Source of the DNA: an uncultured Planctomycetales bacterium
Lineage (GTDB): Bacteria > Omnitrophota > Gorgyraeia > Zapsychrales > Zapsychraceae
Assembly (NCBI GenBank): GCA_964535935.1
Contig: CAZHWM010000021.1
Span: forward strand, 3,903 to 67,902
Reading direction: 5' to 3'
Length of the DNA stretch: 64,000 nt
In this document: positions 63,867 to 64,000 of the stretch, one piece after another
Layout: every line of letters begins with the position of its first letter
Numbering within the stretch: position 1 is the first letter of the stretch
The notes under the pieces: generated by a model
What the model was told of the DNA's origin: nothing
Database searches by the model: none
The model's input: the letters and a program-made list of their open reading frames with translations, nothing else
Position numbers and translations under genes: made by a program

Positions 63867-64000
63867 ATGGAGATTACAGAGATTAGAGTATTTCCAAAAG
63901 AAGGACAGGACAAGAAATTAAAGGCATACACAACCGTTACATTCGATAATGTGTTTGTTGTTAGAAACATAAAAGTTATTCAGGGTGGCAATGGTTTATT
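63867..64000 (+). CDS. spoVG: septation protein SpoVG (5' partial, runs off the window)
   Basis: RBS aaaggag. It translates as MEITEIRVFPKEGQDKKLKAYTTVTFDNVFVVRNIKVIQGGNG, which matches the SpoVG N-terminal consensus. Confidence 0.85.
   Translation, partial: MEITEIRVFPKEGQDKKLKAYTTVTFDNVFVVRNIKVIQGGNGL

Overview
AT-rich, gene-dense bacterial chromosomal segment with about 70 protein genes, all but four on the + strand, many with 1-20 nt or ATGA-type overlaps. All calls come from reading the ORF translations and the DNA by eye. No BLAST, HMM or covariance search was possible, so functions are motif-level recognitions.

Most of the window is housekeeping:
- Named enzymes: YifB/ComM ATPase, membrane pyrophosphatase HppA, PurN, AccA, RlmN, dCMP deaminase, AroA, HisG, IspE, SpoVG.
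- RNA modification and DNA-related: RlmB/TrmH-type methylases, an RluB-type pseudouridine synthase, ABC-F ATPase, RmuC, CutA.
- tRNA-Phe(GAA) and tRNA-Thr(CGU).
- Transporters: SNF symporter, CaCA exchanger, MFS.

Envelope markers suggest a diderm: an LpxL-type lipid A acyltransferase, a SurA/PpiD-like chaperone, a LysM L,D-transpeptidase, and an Und-P-sugar type glycosylation module. Anaerobe-type markers are rubredoxin, flavodoxin and several radical SAM enzymes. No transposase, integrase, phage gene, CRISPR array or recognisable defence system was seen.

The unusual content is concentrated in five places:
1. A c-di-GMP-flavoured locus at 50.8-60.5 kb. It holds a hybrid kinase ending in a single MshEN-like c-di-GMP-binding half motif, a REC-EAL phosphodiesterase, and a GEMM-I-like riboswitch leader. 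The leader carries a ~48-nt two-hairpin insertion and its own intrinsic terminator, directly upstream of an orphan three-gene pseudopilin (tip-complex-like) operon.
2. A dense two-component island at 46.8-55.1 kb, preceded by a radical SAM/SPASM peptide-maturase-like gene plus an ABC exporter. These are translationally coupled to aroA, with no visible precursor peptide.
3. A dispersed family of 25-bp near-palindromic repeats, two singlets and two inverted doublets, including a perfect 31-bp inverted repeat. They sit on or overlap gene 3' ends and supply the last codons and stop codons of two genes (REP/REPIN-like).
4. Two full-length paralogous B12-binding radical SAM genes, 23 kb apart.
5. 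Three small genes below the ORF-track cutoff: rubredoxin, and bL37-like and bS22-like ribosomal peptides.
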